Of a DNA stretch of 64,000 nucleotides, positions 49,501 to 59,454 are shown in pieces; position 1 is the first letter of the stretch, and each line of letters opens with the position of its first letter. The stretch spans positions 49,207,847-49,271,846 of the forward strand of contig CP154954.1 of the NCBI GenBank assembly GCA_039621445.1, read 5' to 3'. A program made the translations under genes and the position numbers. Under the pieces are notes generated by a model. It was not told the DNA's origin. It made no database searches and worked only from the letters and a program-made list of their open reading frames with translations. This DNA comes from Euglena gracilis. Taxonomy: Eukaryota.

Positions 49501-52500
49501 CCATTTGCTGGTGCGGTCTGTTTTTTTTTTATGGGATTGTGCCGTTGGCACGGCTATGTCGTTGACCCCCACCCCCGTGTCAATGGCACTTTCCTGGAAC
49601 ATTGGCGTGCCAACCAGGGAATTTCTTAAGCCGGCGGGCACCCTACCCCCCCGGGTGGGGTCCAGCCAGCCAGCAGCTCAAATCCAGCCAGCAGCCCAAA
49701 TTCGGGCTGGGAGCCCCCCCCCCCCCCGGGGGTCGACTGAAATCGGCTCCAGCCCAGCCGGAGGCCGGGCCAGCTGGCCGCAGGCTTGGCCAGCCAACTG
49801 GGCTGCCCAGCTCACATATCCATGCATTTTTCCCCCTCACCACAGCTTCCTCCATCACAGCCCCCCAGCCTTGATCTAGCTCCATCCATCAAAATGTCGA
49901 AAATGGCAAATCTGTGTTAGAAAATTTTGTTTTTCATCGACCCAGCCCAGCCCAGCCCAGCCCCCAGCCCTGGACCCCCCCTCCCCCCCACCCCCCCCCG
50001 GGGGGGTGTCCAGCCAGCAGCTCATTTCCAGCCAGCAGCCTTTTTGCCAGCCGGAGGCTGGACCCCCCCCCCCCCGGGTGGGGGCTTTAAGAAATTCCCT
50101 GGTGCCAACGAAAGGGGAGGGGGCTCAACTTTCGGCGCAAAGCGTCGAAAACTTTTTTGGACCCCAGAAGTTAACCCCCCCCCCCAAAAGTGGGGCCTGG
50201 GGACCCTGGGGGGGGGCAAGGGGGCGTTCGATATTGATTTGCCAGGTCCTACCCACTCATCTTCCCCTCGGCATGCTGCAACCCTGCAAGTCTCACCCCC
50301 ACCACATTTTGCCTCCCCCTTGGGCTTGAATGTGCCACTTCTGCCCCCCCCCCCCAACGCCGGGCTGTGTCGTGGCGGCACCACACCGAGAAGGAGAAGT
50401 CGAAGCAGCAGCAGATGGAGCTGCAGGAGCGGGCGAAGCAGATCCAGACGCTGCGGGAGGAGGTGGAGGCGCTGAAGGCCCAACTGGAGGCCAGGGCGCG
50501 GGCGGGGGTTGCAGGTGTGTTCGGCGCGAGGGGCCGAATTGTTTTCCAACCCGCCTCCCCCAAGCAACCTCGAAAATTGAACCTGCAAAGGTTCAAAATT
50601 GCAATGAGTCCAAAATTAATTATCATCAAAATCCACATCAAATCATGATGAAAATTCGACGGAGGCGGGAAAAAAAACATTTTTTTGGCCAACTTTCGGC
50701 TGCGCGTTTCACGTCGTGCAACCGACAAGAGGAGTTCAAGTCACAGGAGTTCAAGTCGCAGGTCAGGGGTCCAGGGCGAGAAAAAGACTGACCCCCACCG
50801 CAGGAATTGGTTCCCCTTGCAACGATCAAACTTTGGCAGCCTCCCACTATCCGGCCCGTGGGTCGTTAAGTACTTCCAGGGGGGGGGGATGGTGAAACCC
50901 GGGTCCGACTGTCGGGAAAATTCGGGGTTATTTTTTGGAATAGGGTTAGGTGCACGACCGGATTCCCGGATGCTTCCCCTGTTGGGGACTTGAGGGTAAA
51001 GTTCAGCCGGCTTGCGGAACGATCTTTGGGGAATTTGTGTCGATTTTGGGCAATTTTGGCGGAAACATGTGATTCCAAAATCCTTCCCAGAACGGAACCG
51101 GCCGAACTTGGTCCCCAAAAAGTCCCAATTTTGGGCGCGCCAATCCTCACCCTAACGCTATTCCCAACATTAAGGGGGAACCCTCCCCGGGTCCGCCACC
51201 GGTGACCCGGAATCCGCGCGGTTTTCCGGCGCCGCGGGACCGAAAAGTCGAAAAGCGGGCCCGGGTCCCACCATCTGCCCCCCCCCCTGGAAGTATTTAA
51301 CGACCCGCGGGCCGGATAGTGGGAGGCTGCCCTCACTTTATCTGGCACACACACTGGGTGCCACTTTACAGCTACCCGCTGGGCCAACTTTGCATTGTGG
51401 AAAACCCCACAACTGACCCCCTCAAGCAGGCCTGCTGACCTAAGTCTGGCAGGCTTGGTGGCCACAAACACAGCTACCCCCCCCCCCCATGCCAATGAAC
51501 TCCCTTGCCCAATGAACAGGGGGATATCGGGACCGTCCAGCTTGTCACTTTTTACAGCAGTTCAAATGCCCGCGCAGCCTATGCCCCATGGACAGCTCGC
51601 CTGCACCGTGGAGATTGTCATTTTAGCGTTCATTGGGCTTGCGGGGCGGCACGCAGTGCAGGATGAAGGCACAGCCAGAGAAGCCAAATGCTGGGGAATG
51701 GTTCCTGGAAAGGGAGCATCCAGATCGAAAGATGAAAGATCAACGGCTCATGTCCACATGACCCCCACATGTGTGGGGCCCCTCCAACTTGTCCTATGTA
51801 ATGTCTAATTTCACTAAAAATTTTTTTGGGGGGTTGCATCCCAGAAAATACCACGACCCCCCCTCAAATGACCCCCCCCCCCTAAGTGGTCCTCCGGGGT
51901 CCGGTTGGAACATGAACATTTTTTTCAAAATCAAAATGGGCATAAAACACTCATTTTGTTTGAAAATTTTCCGAAAAAAATTTTGATCTGATGGAAAAAA
52001 TGGTGGGTTGCCTGTACTCGAGCTAAGTTGTGTCCTCATTGAGCGGATTTCTGCCGGGGCCGTACTGGCGGTGGGGCGGGGCTGGGGAGGGCGTCCCCCC
52101 CCCCCCGGCGCAGCGCCCTGCGGCTGGGCCGGCCCGCCCGGCCGCTGGAGAAGGGGGCCCCGCTGTTTGTGGGCCGCGCCAAGCTCAGCCTCCGCAACAT
52201 CATCCAGCAGGTGAGCAGCTACAACACGCTGCCCCTCATGCCGAGGGCCGGGCCTGGCCAGGCCGGGCATCCATGCCACACCACAGCCCGACCCGCCCCC
52301 CCCTGAGAGGCCCGGCCCTCCCGGCCAACGGACAACCTGGAGAACGACGGGGCGGCGCTGATGGTGAACACGTTCCCGGTGGTGGACAAGGAGCGTGGGC
52401 ACATCGAGTACGAGACAGTGGAGGAGGGGCTCGCCGCGCTGCTGGGGAAGCGGCTGGTCCAGGCGGCAGGCGGTGGAGTTTCCGTGACGCTGGGTGGGTG

Positions 52501-52519
52501 GGTGCTTGTGGGTGGGTGG

Positions 52520-52562
<43 letters not shown>

Positions 52563-54039
52563 CGTTACACGTTGTGTGTTGTGTGCGTGCATGCATGTGT
52601 TGCGTTTGTGTGCGCGCGCGTGACAATAACCTGGGGTTCACACCCAAATGCACAATACACACACACAATCAGGCTGTATTTTAGTCGGGTGCCGACCCCA
52701 CCCAGGGGGGGGGGGGTAGGGCACTCGGCCAAAAGTGCCCAGCAGGCATTCCGGCACCGAAGGCTCAAAGAAGGCCTAAACCCGCCCCCCCCCCCCAATA
52801 GAAGCGCGGGGCCGCTTCAAGTGCAGGGTCCAAATAAAAGCGCACCCCCAGCTTCGAAGGCGGCGGTCCACTACAAGCGCACCCCCCATTTTGATGAGAT
52901 TTTTAAAGGAAATAAACAAAAATCGGGCAGGAAGGGTCCAAATAGAAGCGCACCCCCCGCCGCCAGAGTCGGCAGTCCGCTACGGGTGGGGGGGGAATTG
53001 GATGCCGAAAAAATTGATTGGGAAAAAATTGGCGTACAGAAATCCTGCGAAATTTTTCCGGCCCTTTTTTTGAAAATCCTGCCTCAAAATTTTCAAAATC
53101 GCCCCTTTTTCCAGTCATCTTGCAAAAAAAAACCTGCCAATTTTTTCCGGGCCATTTTCAGGGTTGGCACCAATTTTTTCGGCTTCCAATTTTGTCGATT
53201 CTAATCTAGCTTCAATCCCCCCCCCCGGTATAAGCGCACCTGCGCTTCCATTGGGGAGGGGGGGTTTATTTTCTAGGAAAATGGCCTATTCTCTGAGGAA
53301 AGTTCCTGGGCACAGGCCGAAATCCGACCTCCCCCCCCAGGGGGAGGGTAGTGCCTGCCTGGGTAGGCACTCAAGGGCACTCCGGAACCCCCTGGGGTTG
53401 GTAAAAGAAACAGAATACACACAACACTCATACACACACAACAGACACAACCATACCATTCATTGCTCCACACCTGTCCCACCCCACCCCTGGGGGGGTG
53501 ACTGACTGATTTTTCAGAGTGACTGACTGGTTTTCTGGCCAAGAACCCCCCCCCCCCCCGGGTGGGGGTGTGGGGTAGGCCCGAAAATAAAACAGTGGCC
53601 GGCCTGGTGCCAAAGGCGCGGAAATTTTTTGGATTTTTTGAGACTTTTTGGCAAATGTTCATTGCCTCTTCCTCATTATTCAAGAGTGGCCGATCCCCCC
53701 AGGGGAGGTAAAGTGACTGACTGGTTGTTGTTTTTTTTGAAAAAATGACTGACTGGTTTTTTCAGAGTGGAAAGTGCCCCCCCCCCCCGGGGTCGTTAAG
53801 CAATGGTATGAACACAACACACACACACACAACGCACAACTCACACAACACACAACACACATACACACAACACACATACACACACAACGCACAACACACA
53901 ACACACAAGACGCACGCACACACACAACACACAACACACACGCAAAAACACATATGATGCACAACACACACGCATCTCACATACACGCACACTCACACAA
54001 TACACGCAAAACACGCACACAACACAGAAACACAAACAC

Positions 54040-54078
<39 letters not shown>

Positions 54079-55947
54079 GCACAACCCACCACCCACAGCC
54101 ACACCCACCCACTCACCCACCCACCCACCCCTGGGCGGGTGCGCCCCCCCCCCTGCCACCAACTGTTCAAGAAAAGAAACCTCTGGTGGGAAGCGTTTTG
54201 ATTCCACGCCTGCAACCTCCTTGTAAACGGCTGGTCGGCGGGAGAATGAGATTTCTTTTTTATTTCTGGTGCAAAGTGTTGACATTGTCCTCTGGTCCTA
54301 AACCCATCCCTGCGTCCACGACAGTTGCCGCGGCATGTGCCGCAGCCTGCCCCCTGCCCGGGACCTGGTGGTCCATGTGATCTCCGCCAAGAACCTGCCA
54401 CAGCAGTACAGCTCCCGGGTGTACTGCAAGTACGTCTTCAAGTACAAGGAGCGGCAGGTGTTTCAGAGCGACATCAAACAGGACACATGTGGCTGGACAA
54501 ATGCCTTTGTGGCGCCGCAGGCCGGAAAAGCTGGATTCACAGGTGTTGGATACAAGAAGGGTGTCATGGCGTTAGGATGGGGGCTGTCCCCCATCCTTTT
54601 TGGCATTGTGCAACAGAATTTTTTACGTTTCGGCCGCTTTTGGGCAACCATTTCTGGGGTGATTCTCACCACACAAACTGGGCCAGAAGCGAAAGTTAGC
54701 GCCGGCTATAAACAGACAAGAAGCCTTAGTCCAACTGCCCCCCCCCCCCCATGTCCAACGACCCCCCTATGTCCAACGACCACCCCCCCGGTCAGAGGAC
54801 ACCTTTTCGGAGGTTTGATGTTTTTTTTTGCAGGTGTGTGAAAACCAGAGGTTTGCCAGCCCTGAAAGGCTTTTCTTCCGCCCTTGTCAAGGATGTCAGT
54901 TTTGGGTGCTATTTGAGTAAATGTTTGTTGACAGGGCTGGAAATGGAGGCGCGAAGCGCCAGAAGGAAAATTTTGACCTGTTTGGGGAGGTTTCGGAAAA
55001 CTTTTTTTTCCCGACCCCGTGTCCAACGACCACCCCCCCGGTCAGAGGACACCTTTTTGGTCAGTACCCTATGTCCAACGACCGCCCCCCCCCGGTCAGA
55101 GGACAGAGGTTACCGGTCATTGGACATTGGGGGGGGAGGGTAGGGGTGGTGGGTGATTCGAGAGTGGGTGGGTGGGTTGCGACCGCTGGACCCCCCCCCC
55201 CCGGGTTGGGCTGCGCCATGGTCAGATTTTGGCGCTTTGGGTGGATGGGCGATGGTCCAAGGATGCTAGAAATCACTTTTTCCCCCGAAGTTGACCCGTT
55301 TTGGGGGGGGGTCAAAGTATGACCAATTTTTTCGTCCATTTTTTGTGTGAATTTTTCATTAAATGTGCTGGGACGGGAGTTTTTTTCCCCGTTAAGGACC
55401 GTCCTGCAGCCAGCGAATTTGTCCAACCTTTTTTTTGCATTTCTGTCCCTCCAAATGTAAGGGGTTTAATGAGTTTCACATTTTGGTTTCGCTTTTTTTG
55501 CGCATTTTTCCATTTTTTTTTGCCGCATTTTTTTTTTGTTTTCTGGCACATCTTTCGTATTTCACTCAATTTTTCGCATTTTTGACTGTTTTTTTTTGAA
55601 AAAAATTTGAATTGTTTTGTCACATTTTTCTTACAATTCCATATTTTTCTTGTAAATTTGGTGCCATGTTGCATGTTTTTGGGTACTTTTTTGTGTTTTA
55701 TTTGCGGGTTTCCTCTCAGATCAACACATTTTGCACATTTTTTTCTGTGGCCGGGCTAGCGCACCCCCCCCCCCTCAAGATGTGGTTGTGGCATTTGTCC
55801 GGGGCTGACCCCGAGTTCGATTTCAAAAAACGGTTCGCGTGGAGCGATCTGACATCGGAGCAAGCTGACTACCTGATGAGCGACAATGTCCTGACGTTCG
55901 AGGTCATTGGCCATCCCGCCGGAGACAGCAGCACTGTGGTGGAGTGA
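36534..55947 (+). CDS. Kinesin motor protein gene (kinesin-3/KIF28-KLP-6-like architecture), 15 exons, 5' end not found; ~523 aa reconstructed
   Basis: Hand-spliced exons 36534-36660, 37434-37469, 41910-42000, 42135-42223, 42981-43163, 43746-43896, 45650-45690, 46135-46254, 46370-46443, 48702-48740, 50380-50488, 52126-52239, 52327-52456, 54362-54490, 55807-55947 join in frame. They give all kinesin motifs in order: [13 protein letters not shown] (P-loop), [27 protein letters not shown] (switch I), VDLAGSER (switch II), [44 protein letters not shown] coiled coil and a C2-like tail follow. Confidence 0.93.
37434..37469 (+). CDS. Kinesin micro-exon (P-loop) [11 protein letters not shown]
   Basis: Completes the GQTGSGKT Walker A motif in frame with the previous exon. 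Confidence 0.9.
37599..37774. mobile_element. TA-flanked MITE family G (inside kinesin intron 2)
   Basis: Same TIR and body as 23880-24060; TA both sides. Confidence 0.85.
38151..38192 (-). repeat. Short interstitial telomere-like (TTAGGG/TCAGGG)n
   Basis: CCCTAA/CCCTGA hexamers, ~6-7 units. Confidence 0.8.
38489..38618. repeat. ~130-bp hairpin element
   Basis: GGTACC..CCCAAAGAGCCGCCCAA.TAGGGTTAA..ACATGGGGGGACCC mirrored on the right arm. Confidence 0.82.
41910..42000 (+). CDS. Kinesin exon [30 protein letters not shown]
   Basis: GLIPR motif; in-frame joins on both sides. Confidence 0.88.
42135..42223 (+). CDS. Kinesin exon [29 protein letters not shown]
   Basis: EIYNExIRDLL motif. Confidence 0.9.
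42981..43163 (+). CDS. Kinesin exon with switch I ([14 protein letters not shown]...[16 protein letters not shown])
   Basis: NxxSSRSH motif; overlaps ORF 42961..43290. Confidence 0.92.
43357..43531. repeat. Compound microsatellite (AACC)n(AAAC)n(AC)n
   Basis: Direct reading. Confidence 0.95.
43746..43896 (+). CDS. Kinesin exon with switch II ([14 protein letters not shown]...INLSLLTL)
   Basis: DLAGSER motif; overlaps ORF 43669..43980. Confidence 0.92.
44869..45391. mobile_element. hAT-type MITE family J (inside a kinesin intron)
   Basis: TIR CAGGGTTGT(A/T)TGGGAA; perfect TSD ACTGGCCC; a related inverted copy lies at ~4950-5285. Confidence 0.9.
45650..45690 (+). CDS. Kinesin micro-exon [13 protein letters not shown]
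   Basis: Continues SLLTL-GxxxxxL helix in frame; flanking intron stems fit the +4/-6 register. Confidence 0.78.
46135..46254 (+). CDS. Kinesin exon [39 protein letters not shown]
   Basis: RxSKLTRLL/GGNSRT microtubule-binding motif. Confidence 0.9.
46370..46443 (+). CDS. Kinesin exon [24 protein letters not shown] (end of motor, neck)
   Basis: Matches the YAxxAKxIxNxAxVN neck-linker pattern of N-kinesins. Confidence 0.88.
47381..47691. mobile_element. hAT-type MITE family B (opposite orientation, inside a kinesin intron)
   Basis: Same TIR; perfect TSD GTCAGGAG. Confidence 0.92.
48702..48740 (+). CDS. Kinesin coiled-coil micro-exon [12 protein letters not shown]
   Basis: In-frame with both neighbours; bounded by CTG+5 nt and 3 nt+CAA. 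Confidence 0.75.
49250..49460. repeat. ~210-bp foldback palindrome
   Basis: TGTTGCAGAAAAGTGC.GTTGACAC...GAGAACCACTCAGC mirrored by GCTGAGTGGTTCTC...GTGTCAAC.GCACTTTTCTGCAACA. Confidence 0.88.
49615..50101. mobile_element. hAT-type MITE family K (inside a kinesin intron)
   Basis: TIR CAGGGAATTTCTTAA; perfect TSD GTGCCAAC; internal CCAGCCAGC repeats; a related end lies at 60511. Confidence 0.9.
50380..50488 (+). CDS. Kinesin coiled-coil exon [35 protein letters not shown]
   Basis: GC3-rich codons, heptad-like composition, in-frame joins. Confidence 0.85.
50835..51331. mobile_element. MITE with ~50-bp TIRs
   Basis: GGCAGCCTCCCACTATCCGGCCCG..GGTCGTTAA.TACTTCCAGGGG inverted at both ends; imperfect flanking repeat CAAACTTT/CTCACTTT. 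Confidence 0.8.
52126..52239 (+). CDS. Kinesin tail exon [37 protein letters not shown]
   Basis: GC3-rich and in frame; upstream intron stem CAGGGCGC/GCGCCCTG. Confidence 0.8.
52327..52456 (+). CDS. Kinesin tail exon [43 protein letters not shown]
   Basis: GC3-rich; the preceding 87-nt intron has a perfect 13-bp stem GAGGGCCGGGCCT/AGGCCCGGCCCTC. Confidence 0.82.
53810..54130. repeat. Degenerate (CA)n microsatellite
   Basis: Direct reading; (GT)n tracts also at 52523-52620 and 62936-63010. Confidence 0.9.
54362..54490 (+). CDS. Kinesin C2-like tail exon [43 protein letters not shown]
   Basis: C2-type LxVxVxxAxNLP...YCK pattern. Confidence 0.85.
55807..55947 (+). CDS. Probable terminal kinesin exon [46 protein letters not shown]
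   Basis: C2-type (N/D)PxF...LxFEV pattern; stop at 55945-55947 (a further intron before the stop is not excluded). Confidence 0.8.
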   Translation, partial: DPEFDFKKRFAWSDLTSEQADYLMSDNVLTFEVIGHPAGDSSTVVE

Positions 55948-57099
55948 GGGGCTGACCGCTGTTTGCACTCTGCCTCCCGACGGCCACAGCACCCTCTCCC
56001 ATCGAACGTTCCGCGCCAGGGGCTGTTGTGGGCCTGGTTCGGATTCAAACCGTCTCCCCGAGCACATCGCCCTCCCTGAAGTCTTGACCTGTTCTCCTTC
56101 CTGTTCGGAGACAGCTTCCATGTGAGGAAAGGAATTGAAGTCCACAGATGAGAAAACGAATGCAATGGCAGATGAGACATTTCCTACGAGAAAATGGTGG
56201 TGGGTTTTCTGTGGGGTCGGGGTTGAGTTGAAGACAAGCGGATTTGCCAACAATGTTTGGGGCCCCCGGGGCCCCGGCTCACCTCAAACCCAGAAGCGTG
56301 TTGTGGGCACCCCAGCGGCAAGCGCGCCAGGAGGCGGGAAAACAACCCAACCATTTTTGTCTCAGCCCCGGGCCCACGGACTTGTGTTTTGACCGCACCC
56401 GATGGGTCTTCCACACCTCCTTCCCCCAGGCTTGGTCAGCTTCAACCATGCCTTCTTAAACGCAACTGAAAAAATCCAGATTTTATTTTGTCTGTGTGTG
56501 TTTTTTTTTCTTTGAAAAGTCAAAAAATAAAAAAGTTGGGGACAGGGAACATCATTTTCCTGTCCCATGCACATCCGGAGGCAACACATTGGGTTCTGGA
56601 TCAAACCAAAAAGGAACTGATTGAGGCTGAGGTGAACACAGGATTTTTTGTGTCTACACGTTGTGCATGGAGCTGCGTCTCTTCAATGGTGGTTCCTCCG
56701 AATGAATGCAGTCAACAACCTAGCTGTCCGCCACCACCCAACATGGTGCGTTGGCCGGACCGGTTGCACGGTTCGCCACCTGCCTCCCCATCGTAACGTC
56801 GTCGGCCATACCCTCCTTCAATGGAGCAGAAGTCGATTTCATGTGATTCCCTCTGTAGACTTAACACTTGATTTCCACTCCTGTGGTGACTCCTGTCTTG
56901 TTGCAGTTCTTTGAAAATTGCGAAATGCCTTTTTTTTTGCCCCAGTGGAGATTTCTTTTGGAAAAAGTGTCAGAGAGCGTTTCTGCGGGCTTGAAGGAGG
57001 GGTTTTTGGTGGCCAGATGCTCTTTTTTGAAGAACATTGTTTGGCATTTTTTGTGCAATTTCAGCTTCCACACAACTCAAGTGCCACTGGGGTCCAGCC

Positions 57100-57380
57100 C
57101 AGGCTTGTGCTGAGTCAGATACCTACCAAACGGGGGGGGGTGTGCTAGGGGCAGGCACCCCATAGCACCCGATCCGACCCCCCCCCCCCCGCCGGGGGGA
57201 CCGGGGGACCCCTGGGGGGGGGTTAGGGTTTTGGGGGGTGCCTGCCCCTAGCAGGCACCCCCCTCCAACCCCGGCAAGGCCATTTTCAATGAAAAATTTT
57301 TGGGTCCCCCCGGACCCCCTCCCCAGCGGGGTGTGCCTGCTAGGGGCAGGCACCCTATAGCACCCACCCCTATAGCACCT
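57100..57380. mobile_element. Truncated family B MITE
   Basis: Begins CAGGCTTGTGCT and shares the body with 47381-47691; the other end is missing. Confidence 0.75.
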
Positions 57381-59008
57381 CCCCTCCGGAGAGGGGGCGT
57401 CCGGAGACCACCCCTCTGGAACCAAAGGTGTTAATTTCCCTGGCGCTTTGCGCCGGAAATCTTATGTTTTTTTTTTATCTGTTCATTTATGCCTTAACCC
57501 AAACACCTACCCCCCCCCCCAGGGTTAAAGGTTTTTCTGCGTGTACTTTGTCAACCCACCCACCCACCCACCCCCCCAGCCAAAGTCGACCGAATTCATT
57601 GGAAAAAATTTCCGGCCCGGCCTTCGATGAGGCAAAAGACTGTCCCATGGCGCACCCCACCGCCCTGGGGTTGCAGACCCAACCCACCCACCAACTCTCG
57701 AAACCCCCCCTGGGTATCCCACAGGTGTCTATGTATCTATCCCCCCCCGGAAGGATGCCGTCGATCCCCCTGCCAGGGGCTTCAAAAACTGACTCAAAAT
57801 CGCATTTTCAGACCATCCAGACCATAGCTTCACTTCGTGGCCTCTGGGTGGCACTTTTTCCTGGGCCCGGAAAACCCACCCACCCACCCACGACCAGGGT
57901 GTGACGTAGAGCTGAGATCTTTGGGAGACCACCCCGGCCCGGCCCGGCCTGCCAGCGGCCCAGCGGCGCGGCCCAGCCCAGCCCGGCCGGCGGCCCAGCC
58001 CGGCCAGCGGCCGGCGCTCGTTTTCAGTTCAAAAAACACTTTTTTTTAGGTCCGGGAGGTCCAAAAACATCGTTTTGGGCAAAAAAAAATTTTCGATGTT
58101 TTTCGACTTTTTTTTACCCGAAAATGACCCAAAATCCATTGGTTTCAGGGCAAAAACGGGGGTCCGGGGATCAAAAAACGGTCATTTTTCGGCCGAAAAA
58201 TACATTTTTCGGGTCCGGGAGGTCAAAAAACATGGTTTTGGGCAAAAGGTCGGGCCTCCCACCCAGGGGGGGCATGGGGGGGGGTCTGGGTCGGAATTTT
58301 TTTTTTCGCTCAAAAACACTTTTTTTGATGTTCAAAGTGTTTTTGAGCGAAAAAATTTTTTCAAAATTTTGGGTCCCGACCTGCCTCCCGACCCGACCCC
58401 CCCTCCCCTCGCCCAGCCGCCCTCACACCCCTAAAGGGGTCCCTGAATACCCAAAAATGGCCCAAAATCGCACAACCAGGCCCCGGGAACCTCAAAAAAC
58501 GGTTAACCCCCCCCCCCTAAACCTCATGATTGACCCCCTGGTTTGGGTCCCAACTCCCCGTCTAGCCCGAGATACGGCCAAATTACGGTTTCGGGCCCCG
58601 AACAGGCCCGAAATGGCCAAAACTGGCAAAACTGGCCCAAAACCACAAAACGGCCGTATCTTGGGCTGGGCGAGGAGTTGGCCCAAACCGCGCATACCGA
58701 TCGATCGGGCGTCCCAAAGTTGTGGAAGGAGGTCCTCTTACTTTTTCTCAACTCCGCAGCGTTTTCAAGATATTTTGAATTTTTCGATTTTTTGACCCCA
58801 AAATGACCCTGCAATTTCCCCGGAAAAAAAAAACGGTTTTTTTTTGCTCGGGCCATATCTCCGGACCGGCGGGGAGTTGCGGGTAACCTAAAGGCTCCGG
58901 AGATACTAGGGATCGTCCCCTAACCTGTGGGCTATTCACTTTGGGGGCCACAAAATCCAGTCACATCGATAATTCCGGGTTTTCCGGACATACCAAGGGG
59001 CGGGGGGG

Positions 59009-59454
59009 CAGGGGGGGGGAAATGCAACTTGCATAATTTGCATTTTTTTTGCATAATCAGGCTTTCCCGAAATTTGCATTTTTTGCATTTTTTTGCATTT
59101 TTTTTCATAAAATATTTTTGTAGTTGGTTGCCGCCGTATGTTTGGATTTTTTTGCTTTTTTTTTTTATTTTTTACATAAAATATTTTGCCCTTGAAAAAA
59201 AAATTGTTGTTGGTTGGCATATGTTTGGATTTTTTTGCATTTTTTTTGCGTTTTTTTGCATAAAAATATTTTGCCCTGGAAATTTTTTTTGATTTTAGGC
59301 AGCAAAGCTCTGTCATATTCCAGCTTTTTCTCAAGGTTTTCATGCAAGTTGCATTTTTTTTTCATTTTTTACATTTTTTTGCTTTTTTTTGCATTTTTTT
59401 GCATTTTTTTGACTTGCATAATTTGAAGGCCCAAGTTGCATTCCCCCCCCCCTG
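59009..59454. mobile_element. hAT-type MITE family C (reverse orientation)
   Basis: Same TIR and body; near-TSD GCGGGGGG. Confidence 0.85.

Noticed and set aside
56565-56830. Additional kinesin exon, or terminal exon of a minus-strand gene
   Set aside because: Short open stretches on both strands, without an in-frame link or domain support.
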